Assembly: GCA_964653205.1 (NCBI GenBank)
Contig: CAZZDO010000003.1
Span: 1 to 41,182 of the forward strand
Length of the DNA: 41,182 nt
Reading direction: 5' to 3'
From: an uncultured Armatimonadia bacterium
Lineage (GTDB): Bacteria; Armatimonadota; Zipacnadia; Zipacnadales; UBA11051
Of this stretch, positions 7,199 to 17,334 are shown one piece after another (within the stretch, counting starts at the first letter, position 1; every line of letters starts with the position of its first letter). The position numbers were made by a program, and so were the translations under genes. The notes below the pieces were generated by a model. That model made no database searches. It worked only from the letters and a program-made list of their open reading frames with translations, and was not told where the DNA came from.

Positions 7199-10100
7199 AT
7201 GCGCACGCTGATCGTCGCCACCGCTCTCCTCGCCGCCGTCGCCGCCCACGCGCAACTCGTCAACGGCGACTTCGAGCAGGCCGTGCCCGCCGGCAAGCTC
7301 TCCGACGTTTGGACGGTCCAGGGCGATCTACTGCCCGCCAACTGGACCTACAACACGCAGTACGGCGGGCCGGTGGGGCTCGTCGGGGAGGCCCACGGGG
7401 GCAAGTACGCCCTGCACTTCGCCGCCAGCAAGCAGAGCAACGCCCACGTGCTCGGCGCCACCTTCCCGGCCAAGCCCGGTGAGGTCTAGGAGCTGTCCGG
7501 CTGGGCGAAGGACGGGACGCTTGATCTGACCTTCTACGAGTACGGGGAGAGCAGCAAGTGGCTCCGCACGACGCCGGCCGCCACACGCGTCCGAGCCGGC
7601 AACACGTGGGTCCACGGCGGCGGCTATCATCTCGTGTCCGACCCGCAGGTGACGCAACTCACGGTCGTGCTTTCCACCGACCGGGGGGGCGTTACGGCGG
7701 ATGACATCGCCTTGCGAAAGGTGGAGCGAAACGCCATGTCCGGCCCGGACGTCGTGATCGAGAACAAGGGGTGCAAGCTGACCCTCGCCGCCGACGGTAG
7801 CGCGAAGTCGTTCTTCGACAAGACCCTCAACGCCGACCAGCCCGTGGGCGCGGGGCGACCCTTCATGCTGGCCAAGCAGGGCGGCTGGAGCTTCCCCGCC
7901 AGCGGCCTGAGCCGGCAGGGCGACATGCTCACCGTGACCTTCGGCGACGGCAAGGCGAAGGCGTTCGTGCAGGTGCAGACCAAGCCGTACTTCCTCGGCT
8001 TCATCCTCACGTCGTCCGAGCCGAAGCTCGACGCCATCACGCTCTTTGATTTGCAGCTCCCCAAACTGGCGACCCTAGGCGGCGGCCTGGGCGCCACGTA
8101 CAACGACCAGGTCATCTGGTGCGTGCAGACGCTGCACTACGACGGCCAGCAGACGGCGCGGCAGAGCGACGAGAAGAGCATGAACCTGTTCATTACCTAC
8201 CCGGACCTGAGCCGGCCGCTGTACGGCAAAGACCCGGTGCGCGGCGGCGCCTTCCTGACCTGCCCGCGCGCGCAGTTCTTCCCCGTGATGAACGAGATGG
8301 AGCGGACGTACGGCCTACCGTCGCCACAGCTTGAGGGCAAGCCCGGCAAGCTGTCGTCGCTCATGAAGCGCTCGTACCTGTTCATCACCGACCTGTCCGA
8401 AGCGAACGTGGACGAGGTCATCGGCTACCTCAAGCGCGGGCACTTCGGCTATCTGCTCATCGTCGAACACGCGTGGAGCCATGGCAGCGGCAGCTTCATC
8501 ATCAATGAGAAGAACTTCCCTCACGGCCTCGACGGGCTGAAGGCGACCATCGCCAAGATCCAGAAGGCGGGCTACCCGGTGGGCCTGCACATGCTGACGG
8601 CCGGGATCAATCCCTACGATCCGCTCATCACGCCGGTGCCCGACAACGGCCTCTACGTGGACACGCAGGTGACGCTGGCCGGGGACGTGGACGCGAAGGC
8701 GACCTTCATTCCCACCAAGGAGCCGCCGGAGAAGTTCCCGACGGAGGACGGCGGCTACAGGGGCACCGGCACCATCGTGCGGATCGGCGACGAGATGGTG
8801 CAGTACGCCCACGTCAAGCTCGACCCGCCGTATGGCTTTGACGGCTGCACGCGCGGGTGGAACAGGAGCGTTCCCGCCGCCCACCAGGCCGGCGCGCCCA
8901 TCAAGCACCTGTACCGCGCCTACGGCCTGTTCCTGATGGATACGCACACGGACCTGATTGATCGCGTGGCCGACAACGTCGCCAAGACGTGGAACTACTG
9001 CAACTGCGACGGCATCTACTTCGACGGCTCGGAGTGGCTGCAGGGCGAGCACGGCTACTACAACGCCCGCCTGCAGATGGCCTACTACGACCGCTTCAAG
9101 AAGAAGGACATCATCGCGCAGGGCTCCAGCTATTCGGCATACACGTGGCACCTGATCTCGCGCATGGCTTCAGCCGACGGCTTCCGCGACATCAAGGTCT
9201 ACCTGGACAAGCGCAGCCCGGGCTTCCAGTGGAGCTTCGCGAACATGATGCCCCTGGACATCGGCTGGTATGCGATCAACCCCAACATCCGGCCGGACGA
9301 CTACGAGTACGTGTGCTCGCGCTCCATGGCCTTCGACAGCTCGATTTCGCTGGAGACGAGCACGCAGGCCCTGCGCACCGTGCCGCAGGCGATGGAGATG
9401 ATGGACACCATCGCCCGGTGGGAGGACCTGCGGCGTTCGGGGCGCGTGCCCGAGGCGGTGCGGCTGTCCATGCGCGAGGCGGGGCGCGAGTTCCACCTGA
9501 CCAAGCTGCGCGGCCAGGACGCCCTCGTGCCGGTGAAGTACTCGGACTTCGGCAGCATCCCACCGCAGAAGCGCACGGTGCAGGATGACCGGCAGGAGAT
9601 GACGGAAGTGGACATGCCGGCGGAACTGACCGTGAAGAACGAGCGGCCGTCACCGGCGGAGATCGAGCTGCAACTGGAGTGCGGGCCGGTGATCAAGCCG
9701 GGGCCGGCCTACGCCACCGGCCAGCCCCTGGAGCTGTTCGAGGAGACGCCGCCGGGCGAGAGCAAGCCGGTGGACACCAACATGTACAACCCGACCACCC
9801 ACGGCAGCCGCGCCACGCGCGAGGGCTGCACGCAGGAAGTCAAGCTCGTGACCGATGACGTCAAGGAAGGCCAGGCGGCCTGCAGCTTCAAGGCCGTCTC
9901 GACGCTACCCTTCGTCGGCGGCTGGGCCACCTTCGGGCGGCGCTTCGACCCGCCCCTGGAACTGAAGGACTACGAGTACCTCGGCCTGTGGGTGAAGGGT
10001 GACGGCAAGGGCGAGGCGCTCAAGGTCCAGCTCTGGGACATCAACGGCAAGCCGCAGGACCAGTATGTCACGATCAACTGGGTCGGCTGGCGCTTCCTCG

Positions 10101-10510
10101 AGCTGGCCAAGCCCGACCCGCCGCTCCTGGACTACACGAAGATCGTCAGCCTGCAGTTCTACTACAACAGCATGCCCGCCAAGAGCGAGTGCCATTGCCT
10201 GCTCGACGGGCTCAAGGTGCTGTCGGCGGCCACGGCAACGACGGACCCGACGCTGGTGGTCAACGGCGCGCGCATCACCTTCCCGGTCCAGATGAAGCCC
10301 GGCGACCGCCTCGTCATGCGCCGGCCGGATGACTGCTGGCTGTACGCGGCCGGCGCGGCGGAGAAGGGGAAGGTCACGCCGCAGGGGCGGCCGCCGGTCG
10401 GCGCGCAGGACATCACGGTGAGCGTGGACGAGAACTCGGTCGCCAACCAGATGCTTTTCCGCGCGGCGCTCACGTGGCCCGGCGAGGCGATCATGGTTCC
10501 GGCGAAGTAG
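7199..10510 (+). pseudogene. Secreted glycoside-hydrolase-like protein with N- and C-terminal CBM-like jelly-roll domains, interrupted by one in-frame TAG (7487-7489)
   Basis: Track ORFs 7199..7489 and 7634..10510 share a frame, and 7490-7633 has no stop. The joined product reads ...ATFPAKPGEV*ELSGWAKDGTLDLTFYEY..., so a CBM4/9-like domain runs straight through the stop. The signal peptide MRTLIVATALLAAVAAHA sits only on the 96-aa fragment. The central region looks like a TIM barrel (…HMLTAGINPYD…CDGIYFDGSEW…). Confidence 0.75.
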
Positions 10511-10523
10511 CCGGGGGGCGCAC

Positions 10524-13500
10524 ATGGCATCCGTCTCCTATCTTTGCGGTCCGCCCGGGTGCGGCAAGACCCGCGCCGTGCGCGCGCGCCATCTGGCCGC
10601 CCTGCGTGAGGGCGTCAGCGACCGCGTCATCCTGCTCGTGCCCGATGCCGCCACGGCCGCTTCTGCGCGTGAGGACCTCGCGCGCGAGACCGGCGGCCTG
10701 TACGACGCGCGGATCATGACCTTCGATGATCTCGCGCGCGCCCTGCTGCGCAGCAACCGCGACCCGCTGGCCCCGCTCGAGCCCTGCCAGCGCCTGCTGC
10801 TGGCCCGCCGCCTGGCGGAAGAGGCGGAAGTCGCCCTGCCCCTCGACCTCCTGCGGCGTCCCGGCTTCGTCCCCGCGCTCTGTTCGTTCGTGGATGAGCT
10901 GAAGCGCGCGGCCGTGGACCCGGCGGCCTTCACCGCCGCCGTGCGCCAGAGCTTCCGCGGCGACGAACGCGCCCAGAGCCTCGCCCGTTTCTACGTGCGC
11001 TATCAGGACGAACTGACCCGCCGCAACCTGTACGACGAGCCCGGCCTGTTCTGGCAGGCCACGCATCTGCTCAGCCAGGGCCAGGACCACCCCTTCGGCG
11101 CCGCGCGCCTCGTGCTTGTGGATGGCTTCACCGACTTCACCACGACGCAGCTTCAGGTGCTGCAACACCTCGCGTCCGGGCGCGAGGTTGTCGTCACGTT
11201 GACCCTCGCCCCAGAAGACGAACGCCGCGAGGCGTTCGCGGCAGCGTGGCGTCTGCTGGAGCGTCTGCAACAGCATCTCCCGCCCGGCGACGTGCAGTGG
11301 CTCGCCCACTGCGACGAGCGCCCCGCGCCGCTGCAGCACGTGCGGGACTGGCTGTTCATGCTGCGCCCACCCGTACTGGAAGACGCCGGGGACGCGCTGG
11401 GGATGCTGGCCGCGCCGGGCATCCTCGCCGAAGCGCGTGAGATCCTGCGCGAGGTGAAGGCTCTCCTCCTCGACGGCGTCAGCCCTGACGACATCTGCCT
11501 GATCTTCCGCGCCCTGCCGCCGTACCGGCGCGCGCTGCACGATGTCGCGCGCGAGACGGGCGTGCCCCTCGCCGTGCGGGACGCCGAGACGCTCGCGGCG
11601 CGCCCCTCGGTGCAGGTCGTGCTCGACTTGCTCCAGATCGTGCGCGGCGACTACGCCCAGCCTGATGTCGTCAAGTTCCTCAAGTCGAACTTCGTGGACC
11701 TGTCCGCCCTGTCGGAGGACGCCTCACCGCTGTCGCCGGAGGAGTTCGAGATCGTCGCCTGCGAGGCGCGCGTCATCGGCGGGCGGCAGCAATGGACCGA
11801 CCAGTTGCGTCTGTACGGCGACCGCCTGCAGCAGGAATTGCGGCTGGCCCGCGAGGGCGAGGGGCTGGAGGAGGACGTGGAGGCCCGCAGCCCGCAGTAC
11901 ATCGAGGGCGACCGCCGGCGGCTCGAGCGCGCGGCGGCCCTGTTCAGCGCTCTGGCCACGCGCCTGGACCAGCTCGACCGCCGGCAGACGCGGGGCGAAC
12001 ACGTGCGCCGCCTGCTGGCCGCCATCGAGGACTTCGCCGTGCCGGGCCGCCTCGTGCGTGCCTCGGATGACTGCCCGGCCGATCCGACCGAGACCAGCGC
12101 CAACCTCGCGGCCTTCCGGGCGCTGCTGCAGGTGCTGCACCAGGTTGCCGACGCCGACCAACTGCTCGGCGCGCCCGAGGCCGTGCCCTTCGCTGACTTC
12201 TGTCAGGAGCTGGCCGCCCTCTGCGCCGACACGGCGTACGACCTCCCCCCGGCGCGCGAGGGCCGCGTGCTCGCGCTCGATGCCTACCGCGCGCGGCAGT
12301 TGCGCAAGCCCTACGTCTTCATCGGCGGGCTTGTCGAGGGCCAGTGGCCGGCCGTCAGCCACGAACCGGCGTTCTTCGATGACCGCGAACGGCGCCGCCT
12401 CGGCCAGGCCGGCGTCCCGCTCGACCTCTCCTCCGACCGGCAGCATGACGAGACGTATCTCTTCCTGCTCGCCTGCGCCGTCGCCGACACGCGGCTCACG
12501 CTGAGCGTCCCGACGATGGACCCCGGCGGCGAGCCGCTGCCGCGCTCGCACTACGTGGACGAAGTCGCACGGCTGTTCGCTCCCGGCGCGCTGCCCGTGC
12601 GCGAGCGCACGCTGTCGCAGATCATCCCGCCCCCGCAGGAGATCGTCTGCCTGCGGGAGCTGCTGGAGTACGTGACCGACCAGCAGGCGCCGGACCTGCT
12701 GGAGGCGGTGCTGCCGCAACTAGGGGACGCGGAGCGCGAGTTGGCCGCCCACGCCCGCGCCATGGCTGCCGTCGAGCAGCAGCGCTACGACTTCGCCACT
12801 CCCTTCGAGAGCCACGACGGTGTGCTGCACGGGGCGGCGCTGCGGGCGGAACTCGTGCGCCGCTTCGGCCCGGACCACAAATGGAGCGCCAGCGCGCTCG
12901 GCCTCTATGGCGGCTGCCCCTTCCGCTTCTTCCTCGAGCGCGTGCTGCGCCTGCAGCCGCTCGAGATGCCCCAGGAGGAGGTCGAAGTCAGCGACCTGGG
13001 TACACTGGCCCATCGCATCCTCCGGCGCTTCTTCGCCGCCCACAAGGCGCAGCATGCCGACAAGCCCCTTTCCGCGCAGGACCTCGGGCAGGCGCAAGAG
13101 GCGATGCGCCGTCAGGTCGCGGAGACCTTCGCCGAATGGGAGCGGCAGGGGCTCGTCACCCACCGCAAGCTGTGGGAGTTGGCCCGGCAGCGCCTGGCAG
13201 AGGACCTGCTGGCGCTGGTCGCCTACGAGCAGGAGGAGCTGGCCAAGACGGGCCTGGTCCCGCGCGCCTTCGAGGCCGACTACGACCTGGGCGTCACGCC
13301 CGAGGGCGCTGACGAGACGCTGCTCATTCACGGCCACATTGACCGCGTGGACGTGCAGCCGCGCGTCCCCGGGGGCGAGCCGCAGCATTACGCCGTGTAC
13401 GACTACAAGGGCGGCGGAGGCACGAGCCCGGGGGCCATCGAGGCCGGGCAGGACTTCCAGATGCCCTTCTACGCCCTCGGCGCCGCCGCGGCCGTGCTCG

Positions 13501-13781
13501 GCGGGCAGGACCCGCCGCCGCAGTGCCTCGGCTGGGCCTACTACAAGTACCGCCAGCCGCCGAAGCTCACCCTCCGGGTCGGCCAGGACAAGCGCTACCT
13601 CACGCCCGACGAGTACATCCGCTCGGCGCTGGGCTGGGCCATGGCGCACGTCTGGCACATCCGCCGGGGGCGTTTCCCCGTGGATCCGAACGATTGCGCG
13701 TATTGCGACTTCGGCGGGGTCTGCCGGTTCTTCCCATGGCGGTCGGAGGCCAAGGCAGGGGGTGAGAGCGATGCGTCGTGA
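10524..13781 (+). CDS. addB: AddB/RexB-type helicase-nuclease subunit (PD-(D/E)XK nuclease with Fe-S Cys cluster)
   Basis: N-terminal Walker A GPPGCGKT. C-terminal nuclease motif HGHIDRVD...YDYKGG. Cys signature C(PFRFF)...CAYCDFGGVC (C-x2-C-x5-C). Overlaps the downstream UvrD-type gene by 11 nt. Confidence 0.8.
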   Translation: MASVSYLCGPPGCGKTRAVRARHLAALREGVSDRVILLVPDAATAASAREDLARETGGLYDARIMTFDDLARALLRSNRDPLAPLEPCQRLLLARRLAEEAEVALPLDLLRRPGFVPALCSFVDELKRAAVDPAAFTAAVRQSFRGDERAQSLARFYVRYQDELTRRNLYDEPGLFWQATHLLSQGQDHPFGAARLVLVDGFTDFTTTQLQVLQHLASGREVVVTLTLAPEDERREAFAAAWRLLERLQQHLPPGDVQWLAHCDERPAPLQHVRDWLFMLRPPVLEDAGDALGMLAAPGILAEAREILREVKALLLDGVSPDDICLIFRALPPYRRALHDVARETGVPLAVRDAETLAARPSVQVVLDLLQIVRGDYAQPDVVKFLKSNFVDLSALSEDASPLSPEEFEIVACEARVIGGRQQWTDQLRLYGDRLQQELRLAREGEGLEEDVEARSPQYIEGDRRRLERAAALFSALATRLDQLDRRQTRGEHVRRLLAAIEDFAVPGRLVRASDDCPADPTETSANLAAFRALLQVLHQVADADQLLGAPEAVPFADFCQELAALCADTAYDLPPAREGRVLALDAYRARQLRKPYVFIGGLVEGQWPAVSHEPAFFDDRERRRLGQAGVPLDLSSDRQHDETYLFLLACAVADTRLTLSVPTMDPGGEPLPRSHYVDEVARLFAPGALPVRERTLSQIIPPPQEIVCLRELLEYVTDQQAPDLLEAVLPQLGDAERELAAHARAMAAVEQQRYDFATPFESHDGVLHGAALRAELVRRFGPDHKWSASALGLYGGCPFRFFLERVLRLQPLEMPQEEVEVSDLGTLAHRILRRFFAAHKAQHADKPLSAQDLGQAQEAMRRQVAETFAEWERQGLVTHRKLWELARQRLAEDLLALVAYEQEELAKTGLVPRAFEADYDLGVTPEGADETLLIHGHIDRVDVQPRVPGGEPQHYAVYDYKGGGGTSPGAIEAGQDFQMPFYALGAAAAVLGGQDPPPQCLGWAYYKYRQPPKLTLRVGQDKRYLTPDEYIRSALGWAMAHVWHIRRGRFPVDPNDCAYCDFGGVCRFFPWRSEAKAGGESDAS

Positions 13782-16700
13782 ACCCGCCGACCTGGCTGTC
13801 CGCAACCGCGCGGCACAGGCCATTGACCGCAACGTCTTCCTCGACGCCGGGGCCGGCTGCGGCAAGACGCAGGCGCTGACGGCGCGCTACCTGTCGCTGC
13901 TGCGGGCCGATGTCCCCGTCGGCGACATCGTGGCCGTCACGTTCACGAACAAGGCCGCGCGCGACATGAAAGCGCGGCTGCGGCGGGAGTGCGAGAAGGA
14001 GGCGCTCGCGGCCGACGATGCCGAGACGGCCGCCGTCTGGCAACGCCGTGCCCGGAAGCTTGAGAACGCCCCGATCAGCACCATCCACGCCTTCTGCAGC
14101 AGCCTGCTGCGCCGCTACGCCCTGCGCGCGGGCCTCGACCCTGGCTTCGCGGTCATGGATGAGGTCCAGCACTCGCTGCTGCTCCAGCAGACGTTGCGGC
14201 GGTCGCTGCTCGACCGGCTGGACGCCGACGAGGCCTCGGCCGCGCTGGCGGTTGCCGCGCTGGGCCTGCAGGGCGCCCTGGCGGCGGTCGGCAAGCTCGT
14301 GCGCTCGCGGGAGGAGCGGCAGGCGGAGCTGGACGAGCCACCAACCGCGGAGGAACTGCTCGCCCGCTGGGAAGCGCAGCGCGAGGGCATCGCCGAACAG
14401 CGGCTCAACCTGCTCATCACGACCCCCGCGTGGGTGAAACATGCCGCGACGCTACGCGACTGCCGGGGCAGCGACCCCAATGACAAACTGGAGAGCCTGC
14501 GGGTTGACTTGCTGGCGTTGATCGCCGGCGCGGCCGACCGCACGGCGGGCCTCCTCGACCGCCTGGCATGCCTGCAACGCATCTTCAAGCTCGGCAACGT
14601 GCCCAGCAAAGGCAACGGCTGGAACGAAGGCGACATGGCGGCCGTCGCCGACGCCTGCCGCCAGTTCAAGACCGCCAGCGGCAACCCGGCGAAGGGCATC
14701 AAAGACGTAATCGGTGGCGACAGCACCGACCCCACCCCGGCCGCCGAGCTGACCGCTGCGGTCTACCTCGAAGCCCACCATGCCCTGAACGCCTTCCAGG
14801 ACGCGAAGGCCGCGGAGTCCGTGCTCGACTATGAGGACCTGCAGATCGTGGCCCGCGACCTGCTCACGAACAACGAGCGCGTGCGGCGCGACTGCCACGA
14901 GCGCTACCGGCATGTGCTGGTGGACGAGTTCCAGGACACGAACGCGCTGCAGCGCGACCTGCTCTGGCTCGTCGCCGGCGGCACGCCGACCTCTCCCCCA
15001 CCCCCCGGCAAGCTCTTCGTCGTCGGCGATGCCAAGCAGTCCATCTACCGCTTCCGCGATGCCGACGTGACGGTCTTCGACGAGGTCCGCGAGCAGTTCG
15101 GCGCGACCGAGGGCTACCAGCGCGAGCGCCTGCAGGTGACCTTCCGCAGCCATGCGCCGCTGGTGGACCTGCACAACCGCCTCTTCGCCGACCCGCGCCT
15201 GATGGGCCCGCAGCACGAGGGCCGCGCGCCGTACGAGGCCTTCTATGAGCCGCTGGCGGCCCATCGCGACGCCCCGGCAGATGACATGTGCTGCGACTTC
15301 GTGCTGGCGCGAAGCGAGACGGCACTGAACGCCGAGGCGCGGCGCGAGGCGGAGGCGAAGGCCCTCGCCGCGTGGCTCAGGGCGAGCCTGGGCAAGCTGC
15401 GGGTGTACGAGCGCATCGGCGAGGGCGATGAGGAGCAGGCGCGGCCGTGCGAGCTGCGCGACATCGCCCTGCTCTTCCGCTCGATGACCTCAGTGCGGCT
15501 CTATGAGCGCGCCCTGCGTCTGGCTGGCCTCGACTACCACACGTCCTCGGGGCGCGGGTTCTTCAGCCGCCAGGAGGTCCTGGACCTGACGAACCTGCTC
15601 GCCGCGCTGGAGAACTGGCGCGACGAGATCGCGCTGGCCGGGGCGCTGCGCTCGCCGCTCTTCGGCCTGTCGGACGAGACGCTCTTCTGGCTCAAGCAGG
15701 GGGCGCCGACACTGGCGCAGGGCCTCAAGCTCATCGCGGATGGGGAGCATCAACACCAGGAGGAGATCGGCGCCGAGGAGGCCGCGCACGCGGCCTTCGC
15801 CTGGCGGCAATTCCGCGAGTTGCGCCGCCTCAAGAACCGCCTCCCCCTGTCCGGCCTGCTGTCCGAGATCGTCCAGCGCACCGGCTACACCGCTGCCATC
15901 GCCGGCCTGTACGACGGCGACCAGCAGATGGGCAATGTGCGCAAGCTCATCGAGATCGCCGCGGGCTTCGAGGGCTCGGGCAACTACAGCCTGCGCGACT
16001 TCATTGACTACCTGCGCGACCTCGTCACCACCGAGGAGCGGATGGCGCAGGCGCCGGTCGTCGAGGAGCAGGCGAACTGCCTGAAGATCATGACCGTCCA
16101 TGCCGCCAAGGGCCTCGAATGGCCCATCGTCATCGTGCCCGACCTGGCGCACGACAGCGGCAACCGTAGCGGGGCCTGCCGTTATCATCGCAGCCACGGC
16201 CTCATCGCCTGCCCCGAGGTCGCCGGCGAGCGCCCCTGGCCGCCGCTGGCCCGGCTCATGGCCGAACTCGACGAGGCGGAGGAGTTGGCCGAACGCAAGC
16301 GCCTGCTGTACGTGGCGCTGACGCGCTGCCGCGACCGGCTGGTGCTCAGTAGCGCCCTCGGCCATCGCGCCGGCGAGACGTGGCTGGAGTGGCTCGCCGC
16401 TGCGACGGGGCTGGACGCGGACAGCGCCACGTGCGCCATGGCCGGGGTGAACGTGCATGTCATCGCCGCCGACGGGCTGACGCAGCGGCCCGGCCCGCGC
16501 GCGACGCGCGGGGAGAGGCCGACCGTGGATGTGCCGCAACTCCTGCGCCGCGTCCAGCCGCAACCAATCAGCCTCGCGGCTGTGCGGCGCTTCACCGTCA
16601 CGGCTCTGTCGGACTATCGCCGCTGCCCGCGCCATTACTACCTCCGGCAGATCGCCGGCGTGGCCGACGAGCGCGGTCTGGGCACCGGGGCGCTGGCGGA

Positions 16701-17334
16701 ACGCTCCCTGCCCGCGACCGAACGCGGCGACATCATCCACCGCGCGCTCGAACTCATTGGGCGCGACGGACTGCCCGAAGCCGAGGGCGCCCTCCGGCAA
16801 GCCCTCGGCTGGCGCGTCGTGGCTAACGCGGACTGGCAGGAGATGCTCGCGCGCGTGCAGTGGTACTTGCGGCAGGAAGTGTACGCCGCGCGGGTGGCCG
16901 CGGCCGACAGCCTGCGCAGTGAAGTGCCGGTGGCCTTCTGGCATGGGGAGGCGCTGATCGAGGGGAAGATTGACGCGGTGGCGCAGGCCGGGGGCGGGCT
17001 GTGCGCCGTGGACTACAAGACCGGCTACGAGACCGAGGGCGAGGCCGACGCGGACCACGTCTTCCAGCTTGGGCTGTATGGCGCGGGACTGCGCTCGCTC
17101 GGCCGAGAAGTCGCCGGGGCCTACATCGTCTACCTGGACCGGGGGCAGATTGTGCCCGTGACCGAGAGCGAGATCGCGCAGGCGGACACCGACGCGACGA
17201 CAGCCATCGCCGCCATCCGCGCCGAAGAGTTCGCCGCCGCTCAGGGCCCCCAGTGCGACCGCTGCGGCCTCAAGTGGGCGTGTCTGCCGTCTACTTCAGG
17301 TGCTTGCCCAGGAACTCCAGCACCGTCTGGTTGA
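13771..17334 (+). CDS. addA: AddA-type UvrD/PcrA-family helicase with C-terminal RecB-like nuclease
   Basis: Real start is ATG 13771 (MRREPADLAV...) inside the longer track ORF 12820..17334. Helicase motifs: GAGCGKT, VTFTNKAA, VDEFQDTN, VGDAKQSIYRFR, MTVHAAKGLEWP, LLYVALTRCRDRL. Nuclease motif: GKIDAV...AVDYKTGY. Confidence 0.85.
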   Translation: MRREPADLAVRNRAAQAIDRNVFLDAGAGCGKTQALTARYLSLLRADVPVGDIVAVTFTNKAARDMKARLRRECEKEALAADDAETAAVWQRRARKLENAPISTIHAFCSSLLRRYALRAGLDPGFAVMDEVQHSLLLQQTLRRSLLDRLDADEASAALAVAALGLQGALAAVGKLVRSREERQAELDEPPTAEELLARWEAQREGIAEQRLNLLITTPAWVKHAATLRDCRGSDPNDKLESLRVDLLALIAGAADRTAGLLDRLACLQRIFKLGNVPSKGNGWNEGDMAAVADACRQFKTASGNPAKGIKDVIGGDSTDPTPAAELTAAVYLEAHHALNAFQDAKAAESVLDYEDLQIVARDLLTNNERVRRDCHERYRHVLVDEFQDTNALQRDLLWLVAGGTPTSPPPPGKLFVVGDAKQSIYRFRDADVTVFDEVREQFGATEGYQRERLQVTFRSHAPLVDLHNRLFADPRLMGPQHEGRAPYEAFYEPLAAHRDAPADDMCCDFVLARSETALNAEARREAEAKALAAWLRASLGKLRVYERIGEGDEEQARPCELRDIALLFRSMTSVRLYERALRLAGLDYHTSSGRGFFSRQEVLDLTNLLAALENWRDEIALAGALRSPLFGLSDETLFWLKQGAPTLAQGLKLIADGEHQHQEEIGAEEAAHAAFAWRQFRELRRLKNRLPLSGLLSEIVQRTGYTAAIAGLYDGDQQMGNVRKLIEIAAGFEGSGNYSLRDFIDYLRDLVTTEERMAQAPVVEEQANCLKIMTVHAAKGLEWPIVIVPDLAHDSGNRSGACRYHRSHGLIACPEVAGERPWPPLARLMAELDEAEELAERKRLLYVALTRCRDRLVLSSALGHRAGETWLEWLAAATGLDADSATCAMAGVNVHVIAADGLTQRPGPRATRGERPTVDVPQLLRRVQPQPISLAAVRRFTVTALSDYRRCPRHYYLRQIAGVADERGLGTGALAERSLPATERGDIIHRALELIGRDGLPEAEGALRQALGWRVVANADWQEMLARVQWYLRQEVYAARVAAADSLRSEVPVAFWHGEALIEGKIDAVAQAGGGLCAVDYKTGYETEGEADADHVFQLGLYGAGLRSLGREVAGAYIVYLDRGQIVPVTESEIAQADTDATTAIAAIRAEEFAAAQGPQCDRCGLKWACLPSTSGACPGTPAPSG

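Noticed and set aside
7487-7489. TAG reassignment or pyrrolysine/suppressor decoding to explain the in-frame stop
   Set aside because: TAG clearly terminates other well-supported genes here: RAYT at 6793-6795, this same gene at 10508-10510, ppgK at 38149-38151, and the esterase at 17291-17293. No pyl-type genes are visible. A nonsense mutation or a sequencing error is more parsimonious.
10524-17334. UvrD-helicase plus PD-(D/E)XK nuclease pair as a novel defence system
   Set aside because: The sizes, motif sets, Cys cluster and overlapping gene arrangement all match the housekeeping AddAB/RexAB-type recombination helicase-nuclease. No associated sensor or effector genes are present.
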